Below, in pieces: positions 41,652 to 52,200 of a stretch of DNA of 64,000 nucleotides. The translations under genes were made by a program, and so were the position numbers. The stretch's first letter is position 1. Each line of letters begins with the position of its first letter. The DNA comes from Gemmatimonadaceae bacterium (GTDB taxonomy: Bacteria; Gemmatimonadota; Gemmatimonadetes; Gemmatimonadales; Gemmatimonadaceae): NCBI GenBank assembly GCA_040901985.1, contig JBBDYC010000017.1, forward strand, positions 32,001 to 96,000. Reading direction: 5' to 3'. The notes beneath the pieces were generated by a model. It made no database searches. It was not told the DNA's origin and worked only from the letters and a program-made list of their open reading frames with translations.

Positions 41652-42653
41652 TCAGGGCGCTCCCGTCGCGGCGTCGCCGAGCAGCGCGCGTACACCGTCA
41701 TACTCGATGTTGCCGCCGCTCAACACGGCAACCGTCGGGCCGACCGGCTTCACGATCCCCTCGAGCAGCGCGGCGAGGGTGATCGCCCCGCTCGGCTCGC
41801 AGACAAGCTTCAGCCGGTCGAGCGCAAACCGCATGGCCGACGGGAGCAGCCCGTCCGGCACCTGGACGACCGCATCGAGGTGCGCCGTAAGATGCGCGTA
41901 GTTGCGAGTCCCGATGCGCACCGCGAGGAGTCCGTCGGCGAGGCCATCCGGCTGCGCGGCGACCGTCACCGGCCCGCCGGCGGCGAGCGCGCGCGAGTAC
42001 TTGGGGGAGCCCTCAGGCTCGACCCCGACCATCCGGACACCGGGGACGAGCAGCTTGAGCGCGGTGGAGACGCCGCTGCTGAGACCACCGCCCCCAATCG
42101 GCACCAACACCGTCCCGACGGTCGGCAGGTCCTCGGCGATCTCGAGTCCGCAGGTTCCCTGACCGGCGATGATCGTGTTGTCGTCGAACGGCGGGACCAT
42201 CACCGAGCCCTCGGCGCGCTGGATCTCCTCGGCCTTCTCCATCCGCTCGGCGGTGGTGATGCCGTGATAGACGCAGTTGGCGCCCAATCGCGCCGCGCCG
42301 TCCCGTTTGGCTCGCGGCACGGTGGTTGGCATCACGATCGTCGCCGGGACGCCGAAGAGCTTTGCAGCGAGCGCGACCGCCTGTCCGTGGTTGCCCGAGC
42401 TGGCGGTGATCACGCCGCGCGCGCGCTGCTCCGGCGCCAGCCGCGCGACGAAGTTGTAGGCGCCGCGGAACTTGAACGCCCCGCCGCGCTGCAGCATCTC
42501 CGGCTTCACGAACGCGCGCGCGCCGATTGCCTCGCTCAGCGCGTCGGAGTGAAGGAGCGGCGTGCGCACCGCGACGCCGGCGAGCAGCGCGGCGGCCGAC
42601 CGCAGGTCCTCCAGCGTGACGAGTGCGGCCCCAGCGGCCACGGCAGTGGTCAT
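41652..42653 (-). CDS. Threonine/serine dehydratase (PLP-dependent)
   Basis: GAFKFRGA, SSGNHGQ, IIAGQGT, PIGGGGL, LSGGN. Confidence 0.92.
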   Translation of the reverse strand: MTTAVAAGAALVTLEDLRSAAALLAGVAVRTPLLHSDALSEAIGARAFVKPEMLQRGGAFKFRGAYNFVARLAPEQRARGVITASSGNHGQAVALAAKLFGVPATIVMPTTVPRAKRDGAARLGANCVYHGITTAERMEKAEEIQRAEGSVMVPPFDDNTIIAGQGTCGLEIAEDLPTVGTVLVPIGGGGLSSGVSTALKLLVPGVRMVGVEPEGSPKYSRALAAGGPVTVAAQPDGLADGLLAVRIGTRNYAHLTAHLDAVVQVPDGLLPSAMRFALDRLKLVCEPSGAITLAALLEGIVKPVGPTVAVLSGGNIEYDGVRALLGDAATGAP

Positions 42654-42684
42654 CGGCGGTGTCCGGCGCGCGACGGCGGGGCCG

Positions 42685-43029
42685 TCAGCGGGAGCCGCCA
42701 TCCGAGGGCTGCGCGGACTGCCCGCGCGCCTGGAGGTTCGCTGAGGGTGGGGACGCCGGCACGATCGGTCGCGGATCCGTTGCGACCGGGGCCGGCTCGG
42801 TGGTCCCGGGGCGCCGTTCCTGGCAGAACGGCACTGCCGCGGGTCCGTCTGGTTCGAGGGCCGAGATGACGACGAAACAGGTGACGGGGGAGAGCGCTGC
42901 ATGCGTCGCGGTGGCGGCCATTCGCGCCTTCTCGCCCGTCAACGCCGGCGGCTGTGCCGGGGACGGGCTCGCGAGGAGCGCCAACCCGACGACAGCCGGA
43001 AGCAGATTGCGGGCAACGACAGACGCCAT
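42685..43029 (-). CDS. Hypothetical secreted protein
   Basis: Signal-peptide-like MASVVARNLLPAVVGLALLA, two Cys, co-oriented with neighbours. Confidence 0.4.
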   Translation of the reverse strand: MASVVARNLLPAVVGLALLASPSPAQPPALTGEKARMAATATHAALSPVTCFVVISALEPDGPAAVPFCQERRPGTTEPAPVATDPRPIVPASPPSANLQARGQSAQPSDGGSR

Positions 43030-43109
43030 CGGCGCGGGTCTCCAAAGGGGCACGAACGGGGGTAATCTGCCGCCCTGCAGAGCCATCCGCAACGCTCGCG
43101 CCCTCCGAC

Positions 43110-43697
43110 CTACGGGCGTCCGGCGGGCGGCAGCATCGTCCCGCAAGGCTCTGTCTGCGGGGGATTCGGGGGTCCGTACCGCCCCTCGACGAGGCGGACC
43201 GCATTCCCGACGATCACGAGCGTGTAGAGGCCGTCATAGTGATGGTCGCAGAGGTTCGCCCGGGTCGGACCGCCGAGCGCAGACAGGTAGGGCATGATCG
43301 TGTTCGAATGCCCGACCACGACGATCGTCTTTCCCGGATGCCGCCGCACCGCCTCCGCGACGACCTGCGCGTGAACGGCCATCGGTCCGAGCGGCAGGAC
43401 CTCGGGCGTCAGCCCGAAGCGCTCGGCGACCGGTCGTGCCGTCTCGCGTGTGCGCGTGGTCGGGGTGTGCATCACTGCACCGACGCGCGCGTTCTTGAGC
43501 AGCTCGGCGAGTGCCTGGGCGCGCGCCGTCCCGATTTCGGTGAGCGGCGGGTCGTTGGCCGGTTCGGCCGCCTTCTCGGCGTGCCGGACGAGGATGACGA
43601 TGGTCGGGGCGCCGGGCGCCGCCTGCGCGACGACTGGCGACGGCGCGGCGGCGAGCAGTGCGGCGAGTAGGCCGAGCGCGAACGAACGGGGGAACAT
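43110..43697 (-). CDS. Secreted histidine phosphatase (phosphoglycerate mutase/SixA superfamily)
   Basis: LVRHAEK, RTRETA, VVGHSNT; signal peptide. Confidence 0.9.
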   Translation of the reverse strand: MFPRSFALGLLAALLAAAPSPVVAQAAPGAPTIVILVRHAEKAAEPANDPPLTEIGTARAQALAELLKNARVGAVMHTPTTRTRETARPVAERFGLTPEVLPLGPMAVHAQVVAEAVRRHPGKTIVVVGHSNTIMPYLSALGGPTRANLCDHHYDGLYTLVIVGNAVRLVEGRYGPPNPPQTEPCGTMLPPAGRP

Positions 43698-43723
43698 TAC
43701 GACTCCGGGACAATGGGGACCGC

Positions 43724-44080
43724 TCAGGCCGTCGTGATCTGGCCGCGGAAGACGAAGTACACTGCGCCGAGCAGGCAGAGCGCCGCCCAAAGGAAGTCCA
43801 GCTTGAGCGGCTGTTTCATATAGACGACGGCGAACGGGACGAATACGCTGATGGCGATGACCTCCTGCAGCATCTTGAGCTGGCCGAGCGAGAGCACGGT
43901 GTAGCCCATCCGGTTCGCCGGGACCTGCAGGAGGTACTCGAAGAGCGCAATCCCCCAGCTGACGAGGGCGGCGAGGTACCACGCGCGATGCTGCAGGTTC
44001 TTGAGGTGGGCGTACCACGCGAAGGTCATGAACGCGTTGGACGCCACGAGGAGGAGCGTCGTGCGAAGCACGATTGACAT
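43724..44080 (-). CDS. DMT family small membrane protein (DUF486-like)
   Basis: SNAFMTFAWYAHLK, SWGIALFEY, QVPANR, QEVI. Confidence 0.92.
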   Translation of the reverse strand: MSIVLRTTLLLVASNAFMTFAWYAHLKNLQHRAWYLAALVSWGIALFEYLLQVPANRMGYTVLSLGQLKMLQEVIAISVFVPFAVVYMKQPLKLDFLWAALCLLGAVYFVFRGQITTA

Positions 44081-44140
44081 AAGAGGGGTGCTGCAAGTGT
44101 TGGGGTGGAGGTGGCGCGCCGCCCTCGGCGTCCCGGGAGC

Positions 44141-44325
44141 TTAGGCCCGCCCCGGCCGCCCCGCCACCGTCCCGGCGGCCGTCGCCAGCGCGATCGCCCC
44201 GAAGAGCGTCGTCGCGCTCGTCCCGATCACCAGCGGAATCAGTGACGCAATCATGGTCAGCGTCACCATCATGATCATCCCCGAGCGGTCGAGCGCAGCC
44301 CGGAGCACCTGCGCGCCGCGCAGGC
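44141..44325 (-). pseudogene. Orphan duplicate of the 3' end of the RND gene at 49249-52317
   Basis: 44159-44325 matches 49363-49529 with 8 mismatches in 167 bp; ends in TAA at 44143-44141. Confidence 0.9.
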
Positions 44326-44431
44326 AGCTGGTCGCCGCAGCGCGGCGACAGAGGGACATCCGTGCTCCAGCGAGGAGAAGAAGCTCAGGTCCGTACGAGT
44401 GGTACGGGAACGAGGAAGTATACTCCGTCCG

Positions 44432-45136
44432 CTACCTGCCTCGAAATGCCAGCTGGTGGCTCAGCGCGAGCTGCCAAGCGGTCTCGCCGCGCGCTCTCCA
44501 GAAGGGAAAGGTCAGCTCGTCTGGGTCGGGAAACGGGACCTGTACGAGCGCCGCGATTGCAAATCCCTCGCCGAAAAGGATTTGAACGCCGGTGCCGATC
44601 TCGATGAAGGAACCGCGCCGACGCCGCGCGCGGTCCTCGAACGTCCAGCGCTCCGATGTCGTGATATGCCGGACGCCAAGAGAGGGGATGATGCGCACGC
44701 GGCCAGGGACGGCAATGGGCAGCGCGACGCCGAGTCCCACCGAAATGTCGGTCGCGTCCCGCGAGCCTCCCACGATCGCGAACCTGTCGGGGCCGAGGAC
44801 GAAATCAACCCGTAGCGCCGGACAGAACCAAAGTCCTTCCGCGGAATCGGCGGGCACGTCCGCCACCAAGCCCAGGCCGACGATCTTCATACTGGCGGCG
44901 AACTCGCGGTCGTAGAGGCTCTCGAGGCTCACCGATCCCACGAGCCGGCGGTGCGCGGCGGCGATTGCCGCGCCCTTTCGGCTGGCGTAGCGGTGTTCGC
45001 CGGTCCAGATCGAACCTCTCGCATATCCCCCGAACACCGGTCCACTGCCGACGCCAAGGCAGTGCTGCGCCGGCAGACTGCCTGCGAATCCCGACACTGC
45101 AAGGAGGACGAGCGCAGCGCGCGCGCAGGCGTTCAC
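44432..45136 (-). CDS. Hypothetical secreted, probably outer-membrane beta-barrel-like protein
   Basis: Signal peptide ending LPA-Q; alternating amphipathic beta-strands. Confidence 0.6.
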   Translation of the reverse strand: MNACARAALVLLAVSGFAGSLPAQHCLGVGSGPVFGGYARGSIWTGEHRYASRKGAAIAAAHRRLVGSVSLESLYDREFAASMKIVGLGLVADVPADSAEGLWFCPALRVDFVLGPDRFAIVGGSRDATDISVGLGVALPIAVPGRVRIIPSLGVRHITTSERWTFEDRARRRRGSFIEIGTGVQILFGEGFAIAALVQVPFPDPDELTFPFWRARGETAWQLALSHQLAFRGR

Positions 45137-45858
45137 GACGGAGGGATTACATACGATCGGACGAGCACGCTCCCGCCGGGATTAAGGTAGCTAAGGGTTA
45201 CGGTGTCCCCGGGCGCGTACTGCACAACCCCATCGCCGACGACAGGGCTGCCCGGCTCCAGTGGAATCGCGGCCGCGAGTTCAGCCTGAACTGCATTCAG
45301 CCACTCAGGGCCGCACTCTACGCATCCGGGACCTTCGAGCCCTGCGTTCGAAACCTCGGCCCAGTCAAGCAACTGTTGTCGGCGCGCCATCAAGCCGCTC
45401 GGCGCGGGGAAGATGACCACAGCCCAATCCGGACTGAACTCACTGACATAGCTGAATCGGCCACCGATGTCGACAACCCGCGTCTCAAGTTCCGTCACGT
45501 TGACGCCTGGCCTCGTGACCAACACAAGCGAATGGCACGCGTAGAGCGGCAACGCGCGATGGGGCGGACACCACAGTCTGTAGAGCGCGACCGATTCGGA
45601 ATCGCCAGCCGATGTCGCAATCTTCATCCCTACGCGCCCGCGACGCGGAAGCCGAAAGCTCGGATCGGCCGGGCTCGCAGTGATTTCCACAACGCCTTGC
45701 GTTCTCGGCCAGAGAAAGGCGCGCGCGTCCGACAGTTCCGGATTCACGTTGCGGAGCGGCTCAAGCGAGTCGCACGCGCCGAGCAGAAGGGCAGTTGCGG
45801 CAATGCCAAACCAGCCAGCGCGCCGCCGGTCGCCCTCAGTCCGACCCAGGCCGCTCAT
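45133..45858 (-). CDS. Hypothetical Cys-containing lipoprotein
   Basis: Lipobox LLGAC; 4-nt overlap with the downstream ORF; starts just after the S8 stop. Confidence 0.65.
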   Translation of the reverse strand: MSGLGRTEGDRRRAGWFGIAATALLLGACDSLEPLRNVNPELSDARAFLWPRTQGVVEITASPADPSFRLPRRGRVGMKIATSAGDSESVALYRLWCPPHRALPLYACHSLVLVTRPGVNVTELETRVVDIGGRFSYVSEFSPDWAVVIFPAPSGLMARRQQLLDWAEVSNAGLEGPGCVECGPEWLNAVQAELAAAIPLEPGSPVVGDGVVQYAPGDTVTLSYLNPGGSVLVRSYVIPPS

Positions 45859-47602
45859 CGCTGTCACTTCGGCGTGCCCTCGTCCGGCGACCTCAAACAG
45901 ACGAGTGGAGCGCACGGGTTGCTTGTCTCGTTTATGACCTGAATCATATCGCCTCCGACAAGCGTCCCCGACGTCACTTCGAGTCGAAGCCAGAACGGCG
46001 ATGCCGTCCCCTCGTCCACCAGCATCTGTACGCTTGTGGCGCCCTTGAGCGACGTAAAGGGCCCCGTGCTCGCTAGCGCCCAACTCCACGCATACACGTA
46101 TCCGCCGGTACCCCCGGAGACGTTTGAGTTCCACGTGTAGTACCCCGGCGTGAAAATCACATCGGCACCCGTGATCGCGACAAAGACGGGAGGAGGGGGA
46201 GGGTATGCGGCCGCAGCGACGTCCACCCTACCCGCTCCGAACTGTTCCGCGCTTCCCAAGTTCACTGCGTATGTCTTCAGTTGGTCGCGCACCTGTGAGG
46301 CCGTGAGTGTTAGATGGCGCGACCAGACGAGTGCGGCCGCGCCGGATACGAAGGCAGCCGCCCCCGACGTTCCGCAGTCGCTACCGTATGTTCCGCCCGA
46401 AGTCAGGCTCGTCGCAAAGTGCGGTGCCGAAATTTCAATTTGCGGTCCGTACCGCGATCCCTTCGCGCAGTCGAGTTGTTCTTGCGGTGGACATTCGGGG
46501 GCGGGGATCTCCGTGTCGCACCCATCTGGGAGGGGCGGAGGGGATGAACCCCCGGTCACCGTCGGTGGCCAAGCGAACGCATCAGTTGCAGTTACTCCGG
46601 AGACAGCCATCACCTCCGGGTAGCGTGCTGGGTACTTAACATCCGTGGTTCCGAGGTTCCCAATCGATCCGCAGTCGTTGACGTTCGCCCACGCGTTCCC
46701 TGCGGCCGCGACGATGAGGATTCCCGTATTCGCAGCCGTTTGGAGTAAGCTACGGACATCTGAATAGTGCGAGCACCACCCTAAGCTGATGTTCACGACG
46801 TGTCTCGGGTGACCGAGCTGAATCGCCCAATCCAGCGCTGCCATCAGGGCCGAGGGTTTGCAGTCGTTTCCACTCCTGCAGATCTTAATCGAAGTGAAAC
46901 TCTGCAACGAATGCGCCACGCCAATGACGCCTTGGTCATTGTTTTCAGCGGCAATGATTCCCCCCATGAACGCGCCGTGATGCCCGTCGTTGGCGTAGCA
47001 GTGGGGCCCTTGGTCCGGATCGACCGACTGGATTGTATACAGGCAAGACCCGATTGGCACGGGACCATCACCATAGAGGAGGTGTACCGCGTCGAGACCA
47101 GAATCAATGATGGTTACGTGAACATTCTGGCCGCTGGTCGATGGCCCGAGTGAGCCGTTCCAGACATCCGGTGCCCGGATCTTGAACACGCCCCAAGCCG
47201 TGTCCTGCAAGGGAACGGTGGAGTGCAGTATCGAGGACTCGACGCTGCCAACGGCATCCGCCGCGACGTAGTCGACCACTGGCAGCGCCCGCAACATCCG
47301 AACCTGGCTTGCGGAAATCCGGGCCGCCACGCTGCTCGAGTAGCGGAAGCTCGCGTACGGCTCAATCCCTGCGGCCCGAAGTGCGTTCCTCGCGGCGAGC
47401 GCTTCCGCCCGGCTGATCGATGCACGCACGCGCGCGACGGACGAGCGCGGGGCGGTGGGGGATTTTAGACCAATCAAGACGAATCCCCCCGCGCGCTCCA
47501 CCTCGCGTTCCAATTCGTCGTCCGTGGGCTCACCGGCAGGGTCGTACTCGTCGAATCGGTACTCGGGAACTACGTCAATCAGCTCCGGGAACGCGGGTAG
47601 GG

Positions 47603-49009
47603 GGGTAAGTCCCAAATCTAGTTGAAAAAGCAGGTGGTGCCTCCATACTAGGGCGTGAATCCCGGCAAGGATTTCCGCACCCATACAGAGGACACCACCC
47701 ATGCGTAGAGTACGATCGCAGCCCGTCGCTCGCCAGTCGGCCCCAGTCCTGGATGCACCGAGTCCCGTGCCGCTCGATGACGGCAGCGTCACCGTGGCGA
47801 TGATCCAGGCGCTCATTCCCCTCGGCCTCCGCGCCGTGGAGGACGCGTTGCAGCAGGAGGTCCGCGCGTTGGCCGGCGCGCGGTACGCGCGCGACGACGG
47901 CCGCCCCGGCATCAGCCGCTGGGGCACGCAGCCGGGCTCGATCTTTCTCGCGGATCAGAAGCTCGCGCTCGAGGTGCCGCGGGTGCGCGACCGGATTGCG
48001 CGCCACGAGGTGCCGTTGCCGACCTACCAGCAGTTGCAGACACCCCGGGCGCAGGATGTCGGGCTCTTCCGTCGCGTGCTCGGCGGCCTCTCGTGTCGCG
48101 AGTACGAGGCCGCGGCGGAAGCGGTGCCGGAGGCGTTCGGGCTCGCGCGCTCGAGTGTGTCGCGCCGCTTCATCCGCGCGAGTGCGCACGAGTTGCGACG
48201 CCTCCAAGAGCGGCGACTCGACGATGCCGAGTGGCTCGTGCTGGTGCTCGACGGCAAGACGTTCGCGGGCGATCAGCTCGTCGTCGCGCTCGGCGTGACG
48301 ACGACGGGCGAGAAGAAGATCCTCGGGCTCGTCCAGACCGCGAGCGAGAACAAGCGCGTCCTCGCGGCGTTCCTCCGGGAGCTCGGCGAGCGCGGCTTCC
48401 CGCTCGACCGGCCGCTCTTGGTCGTGCTCGATGGGGCGAGGGGGCTGCGCGCGGCGGTGCGCGAGGTGTACGGCGAGGTCCCGGTGCAGCGCTGTCAGTG
48501 GCACAAGCGCGAGAATGTGGTGAGCTACCTCGCCAAGCAGGACCAGCCGACGTGGCGCCGCAAGCTCCAGGCGGCGTACGCGCACCCCACGTATGCGGAA
48601 GCCAAGCGCGCCCTGGACCGCCTCCACCGCGAGTTGCAACTGCGGAATGCATCCGCGGCGGCCAGCCTGGCGGAAGGACTGGAGGAGACGCTGACGCTGC
48701 ATCGGCTGGGCGTCTTTCCCGCGCTCGGCGTGAGCTTCAAGACGACGAACCTGATCGAGAGCGTGATGGCGCGCCTCGAGGCGAAGACCCGCCGGGTCAC
48801 GCGGTGGCGCACCAGCGACCAGAAGCTGCGCTGGTGCGCGTCGGCGCTCTGGGCAACGGAGCGGCAGTTTCGCCGTGTGAAAGGTCATCGCCAGCTGCCC
48901 TTGCTCAAGCAGGCCCTCCACGCCACACTCTCTCGCACGATCCCCGCAGCGGCGTAAGCCGCATCTCCGGCGGCATCATCTGCTTTTCAACTAGACCTGG
49001 GACAGACTC
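47603..49009 (+). mobile_element. IS256-family insertion sequence, 1407 bp, with 9-bp target duplication
   Basis: IRL GGGTAAGTCCCAAATCTAGTTGAAAAAGCAG vs reverse-complemented IRR GAGTCTGTCCCAGGTCTAGTTGAAAAGCAG; CGGGTAGGG at 47594-47602 and 49010-49018. Confidence 0.93.
47701..48957 (+). CDS. IS256-family (Mutator-like) DDE transposase, intact
   Basis: VPRVRD, LVLDG, VLDGARG, QRCQWHK, TTNLIES. Confidence 0.93.
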   Translation: MRRVRSQPVARQSAPVLDAPSPVPLDDGSVTVAMIQALIPLGLRAVEDALQQEVRALAGARYARDDGRPGISRWGTQPGSIFLADQKLALEVPRVRDRIARHEVPLPTYQQLQTPRAQDVGLFRRVLGGLSCREYEAAAEAVPEAFGLARSSVSRRFIRASAHELRRLQERRLDDAEWLVLVLDGKTFAGDQLVVALGVTTTGEKKILGLVQTASENKRVLAAFLRELGERGFPLDRPLLVVLDGARGLRAAVREVYGEVPVQRCQWHKRENVVSYLAKQDQPTWRRKLQAAYAHPTYAEAKRALDRLHRELQLRNASAAASLAEGLEETLTLHRLGVFPALGVSFKTTNLIESVMARLEAKTRRVTRWRTSDQKLRWCASALWATERQFRRVKGHRQLPLLKQALHATLSRTIPAAA

Positions 49010-49248
49010 CGGGTAGGGCGCCAGGGTTAGTGCTCCCAGTAGTCTCCACCGCTGCTCCCACTTGGCCAGGATTCGTGGGGACATCGTGGCACGCGAGTGC
49101 GAGAACTGCTAGGAGTACGAACGAGGCTCGCGAAGTAGCCGCAATCCGAAATGCGGGGGGGGGGCGGGACGCGGGGCAACATAAGTGGACTCTCCTCAAG
49201 CGGAGGGGGAAAATCAGATCAGTACGACAACGTCGCAAACTCGGCGCA

Positions 49249-52200
49249 TCATATAGTCTTTGCGACGCAGGAGACTGTCAATAGCGCATCGCTCCGCCCG
49301 ATTCCAGCCCGCCCCCGCCGCCCCGCCAGCATCGCCGGCAGGACCAGCATCGCCCCCACCGTCCCCGCCACGGTCCCGCCAGCCGTCGCCAGCGCAATCG
49401 CCCCAAAGAGCGTCGTCGCGCTCGTCCCGATCGCCAGCGGAATCAGTGACGCAATCGTGGTCAGCGTCACCATCATGATCATCCCCGAGCGGTCGAGCGC
49501 CGCCCGGAGCACCTGCGCGCCGCGCAGGCGGCCGGTCGGCGAGGCGCGACGCTTCTCCAGCGCCGCGTCCACCAGCAGGATCGCCTGGTTCACGGCCAGC
49601 CCCACGACGAGGATCACCCCGACCGCGGCCTCGCGCGTGAACGCCGCGTCGGCCCACCAGAACGCGGCCATCACCCCGGCCAGCGCCAGCGGCAGCGCGG
49701 CGAACACCATGGCCGCACCCCACATCGAGTCGAACACCATCGCCACCGCCAGGATCACCAGCGTGACGCCGATCGCGAAGACCAGCCAAAGCCCACGCTG
49801 GCTCGTGTCCTGCTCGCGCTGGAAGTCGCTTGCGTCCTGCACGGTGAATCCCGGCGGCACGGCGATGCTCTGCATGAACGCCTCGTGGGTCCGCGTCGCC
49901 AGTCGGTTCGGCCCGCGGAACTCGTACGCCACCACGCGCAGGTACTGCTGGTCCTCGCGCGTGATTGTCGCCAGCTGCTCGCGCTCGTCCACCCGCGAGA
50001 GGTCGGCAATCCGCACCGGCGTCCCGCGCGACGTCGGCACGAGCGCGTCGCGCAGCTCGTCGAGCGACCGTTCGCGGGCGCCCTGCGCCTTCACCGAGAT
50101 CGGGATCTCCTCGCCGCCGATCTCCAGTTGCTGGCCACCCACCGGGCCCCGCACCTCGCGCCCCACCGCCTGCGTGAACTGCAGCGCGGTCACGCCGTAG
50201 CGCGCCAGCGCGTCGCGGTCGGGGTCGAGTGTCACCGCGAACGCGCGGTCGCCGCCGAAGAAGCTCCCGCTCGTCACAATCGCATTCCGCACCCGGTTGA
50301 TCCGCTCCAGCCGCGACCGGATGTCCTCGGCGAGCGCCTCGACTGCCGAATAGGAGTAGCCGAGCACGCGGATGCGGAACGTGCTCATTGTGCCGATCCC
50401 GCCGCCGGAGCTGAAGGCCGGCCCCTGCCCGTAGACGCTGATCCCCGCGCCACCGATATAGACGGCGCGCGCGGTCAGCTCCTCCTGCAGTTGCAGCGGC
50501 AGTGCGCCGCCCTCGGCCTCCGGCCTGAACGAGACGCGCATCCCGGCGCCGAACACGCCGCGGCTCTGCGCAATCACCTCCTCCACCCCGGCGCGCCCGA
50601 CTGCGACGGCCTCCATCTCGCGCATCGCCGCGTCGAGACTCGCCGGGTCCGACCCGCGCGGAAAGTTGATGTTCACCGACACGGTGTTCCGCTGCACGCC
50701 GAATCCGCTGAACGAGAAGCGCGGCACTTTCTTCACGAATGCGTACGACAGGCCGCTCACCGCAGCGACGGCGAGGACGATTGTCGCCCACCGCCACCGT
50801 AGCGCCTTGGCGAGCACCCAGCCGTAACCGCGCTGCGCCCGAGGCCAATGCGTCTCCCGCAGGCCGTGGCCCGCCGCGAGCGCGGGTATCATCACCAACG
50901 CAGAGATTACCGAGCACCCGAGCGCGAGCGTGAACGCCGCCGCGAACGGGAAGAAGGCCGCCCGCGCATTCCCCTGGAGATACAGGAACGGGAAGAGCAC
51001 CACCGCCGTCGTCAGCGTCGCCCCGAGCACCGCCGGCGCCATCCGCTCCGCCACCTCGGCGCGCCCGACCGGCGTGTCCGCCGAGCCGCGCAGCCGCTCC
51101 ACGATCACCAGGCCGTTCTGCACCAGCACGCCAATCCCCATCCCGAGGCCGGCCAACGTCAGCATGTTCGCCGGGATCTCGAGCAGGAAGAGCCCAAGCG
51201 CCGTCCCGAAGATCGCCAGCGCCGCGCTCCCCATCACCAGCGCCACCGCGCGCCAGTTGCGAAGGGCGACCGCCAACACGAGCGACACGGCAAGGAAGGC
51301 GATCGCACCGCGAAGGAAGAGGTCGTTCAACTGCCGCTCGAGCTCGATTGACTCGTCGGCGGTGATCCGCCAACGCACGCCGGCCGGGAGTTCGTCGGCG
51401 AGGTCGGCGAGCGCCCCGCGCACCGCCTTGGCGGTCTTGATCGCATCGGAACCGGCCTCGCGCGCCACGGTCAGCGCCAACGCGGTGTTCCCGTTGACGC
51501 GGAAGAACATCCCGCGCGAGTCCTCCTCCGGCCGCACCTGCGCCAGTTCGCCGAGCCGGAAGACGCGGCCGCCGCGGCCGGCGATCGGCAGGTGCTCGAG
51601 TTCGACGAGCGCGCCCGGCTGATCGCGCAGCACGACCTCGCGCTTGCTCGCCCCGAGCCGCTCGGTGCCGAGCGACTGCACCACGCGCGCCTCGCGGATC
51701 GCGTTGGCCAGCGCCTGCGGCTCGACGCCGACCTGGCGGAGGAGCCGCGGATCGTACGACACGCTCGCGCCGAACTCGGTGCCGCCGCCGATCTGCACGC
51801 CCGACACGCCCGGCACGGCGCTCACGCGCGGCGTCAGGATGTCGTCGGCGATGCGCTGCAGGGCGCCCGGCGTGTATGGCCCATTGAGGAGGATCCGCAG
51901 CAGCGGCGGTTCCTCCAACTCGGCCGGCACGAGGTTTCCCACCTGCGGCGCCGTGGCGCCGATCGGGAACTCGGGACGCAGCAGCTCGAGCCGCTCGAGG
52001 ATCGCCAGTCGCGTGATCTGCACGTCCACGTTCGGGTCGAGCTCGATGGTCAGGCGCGCCGTGCCGTCGCGGGAGTCGCTGCTCGTCTTGCGCACGCCGC
52101 GCACTCCCTGCGCCGCCGCCTCGATCGGCGACGCGATGTACATCTCCACCAGCTCGGCCGACGCGCCGGCCCAGCCGGCCGTGACCTGCAGGCGCGGCAA

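Larger units (their letters stand above)
45864..49182 (-). pseudogene. S8 subtilase lipoprotein interrupted by an IS256-family element (about 633 aa if repaired)
   Basis: Triad IIDSG, HHGAFMGG, GTSGAA; oxyanion AAAGN; lipobox LALAC upstream of the IS; removing the IS and one DR rejoins NPGALP/AFPEL in frame. Confidence 0.88.

Noticed and set aside
47603..47927. N-terminus of the 687-aa ORF 45864-47927
   Set aside because: It is antisense IS256 sequence; the real N-terminus lies beyond 49010
44330..49300. Cassette as an integron array or prophage
   Set aside because: No attC-like sites recognised, and no integrase or phage genes
44159..49529. 167-bp repeat pair as a diversity-generating retroelement TR/VR
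   Set aside because: Mismatches are not adenine-specific (they include C/G swaps and both A-to-G and G-to-A) and no reverse transcriptase is present
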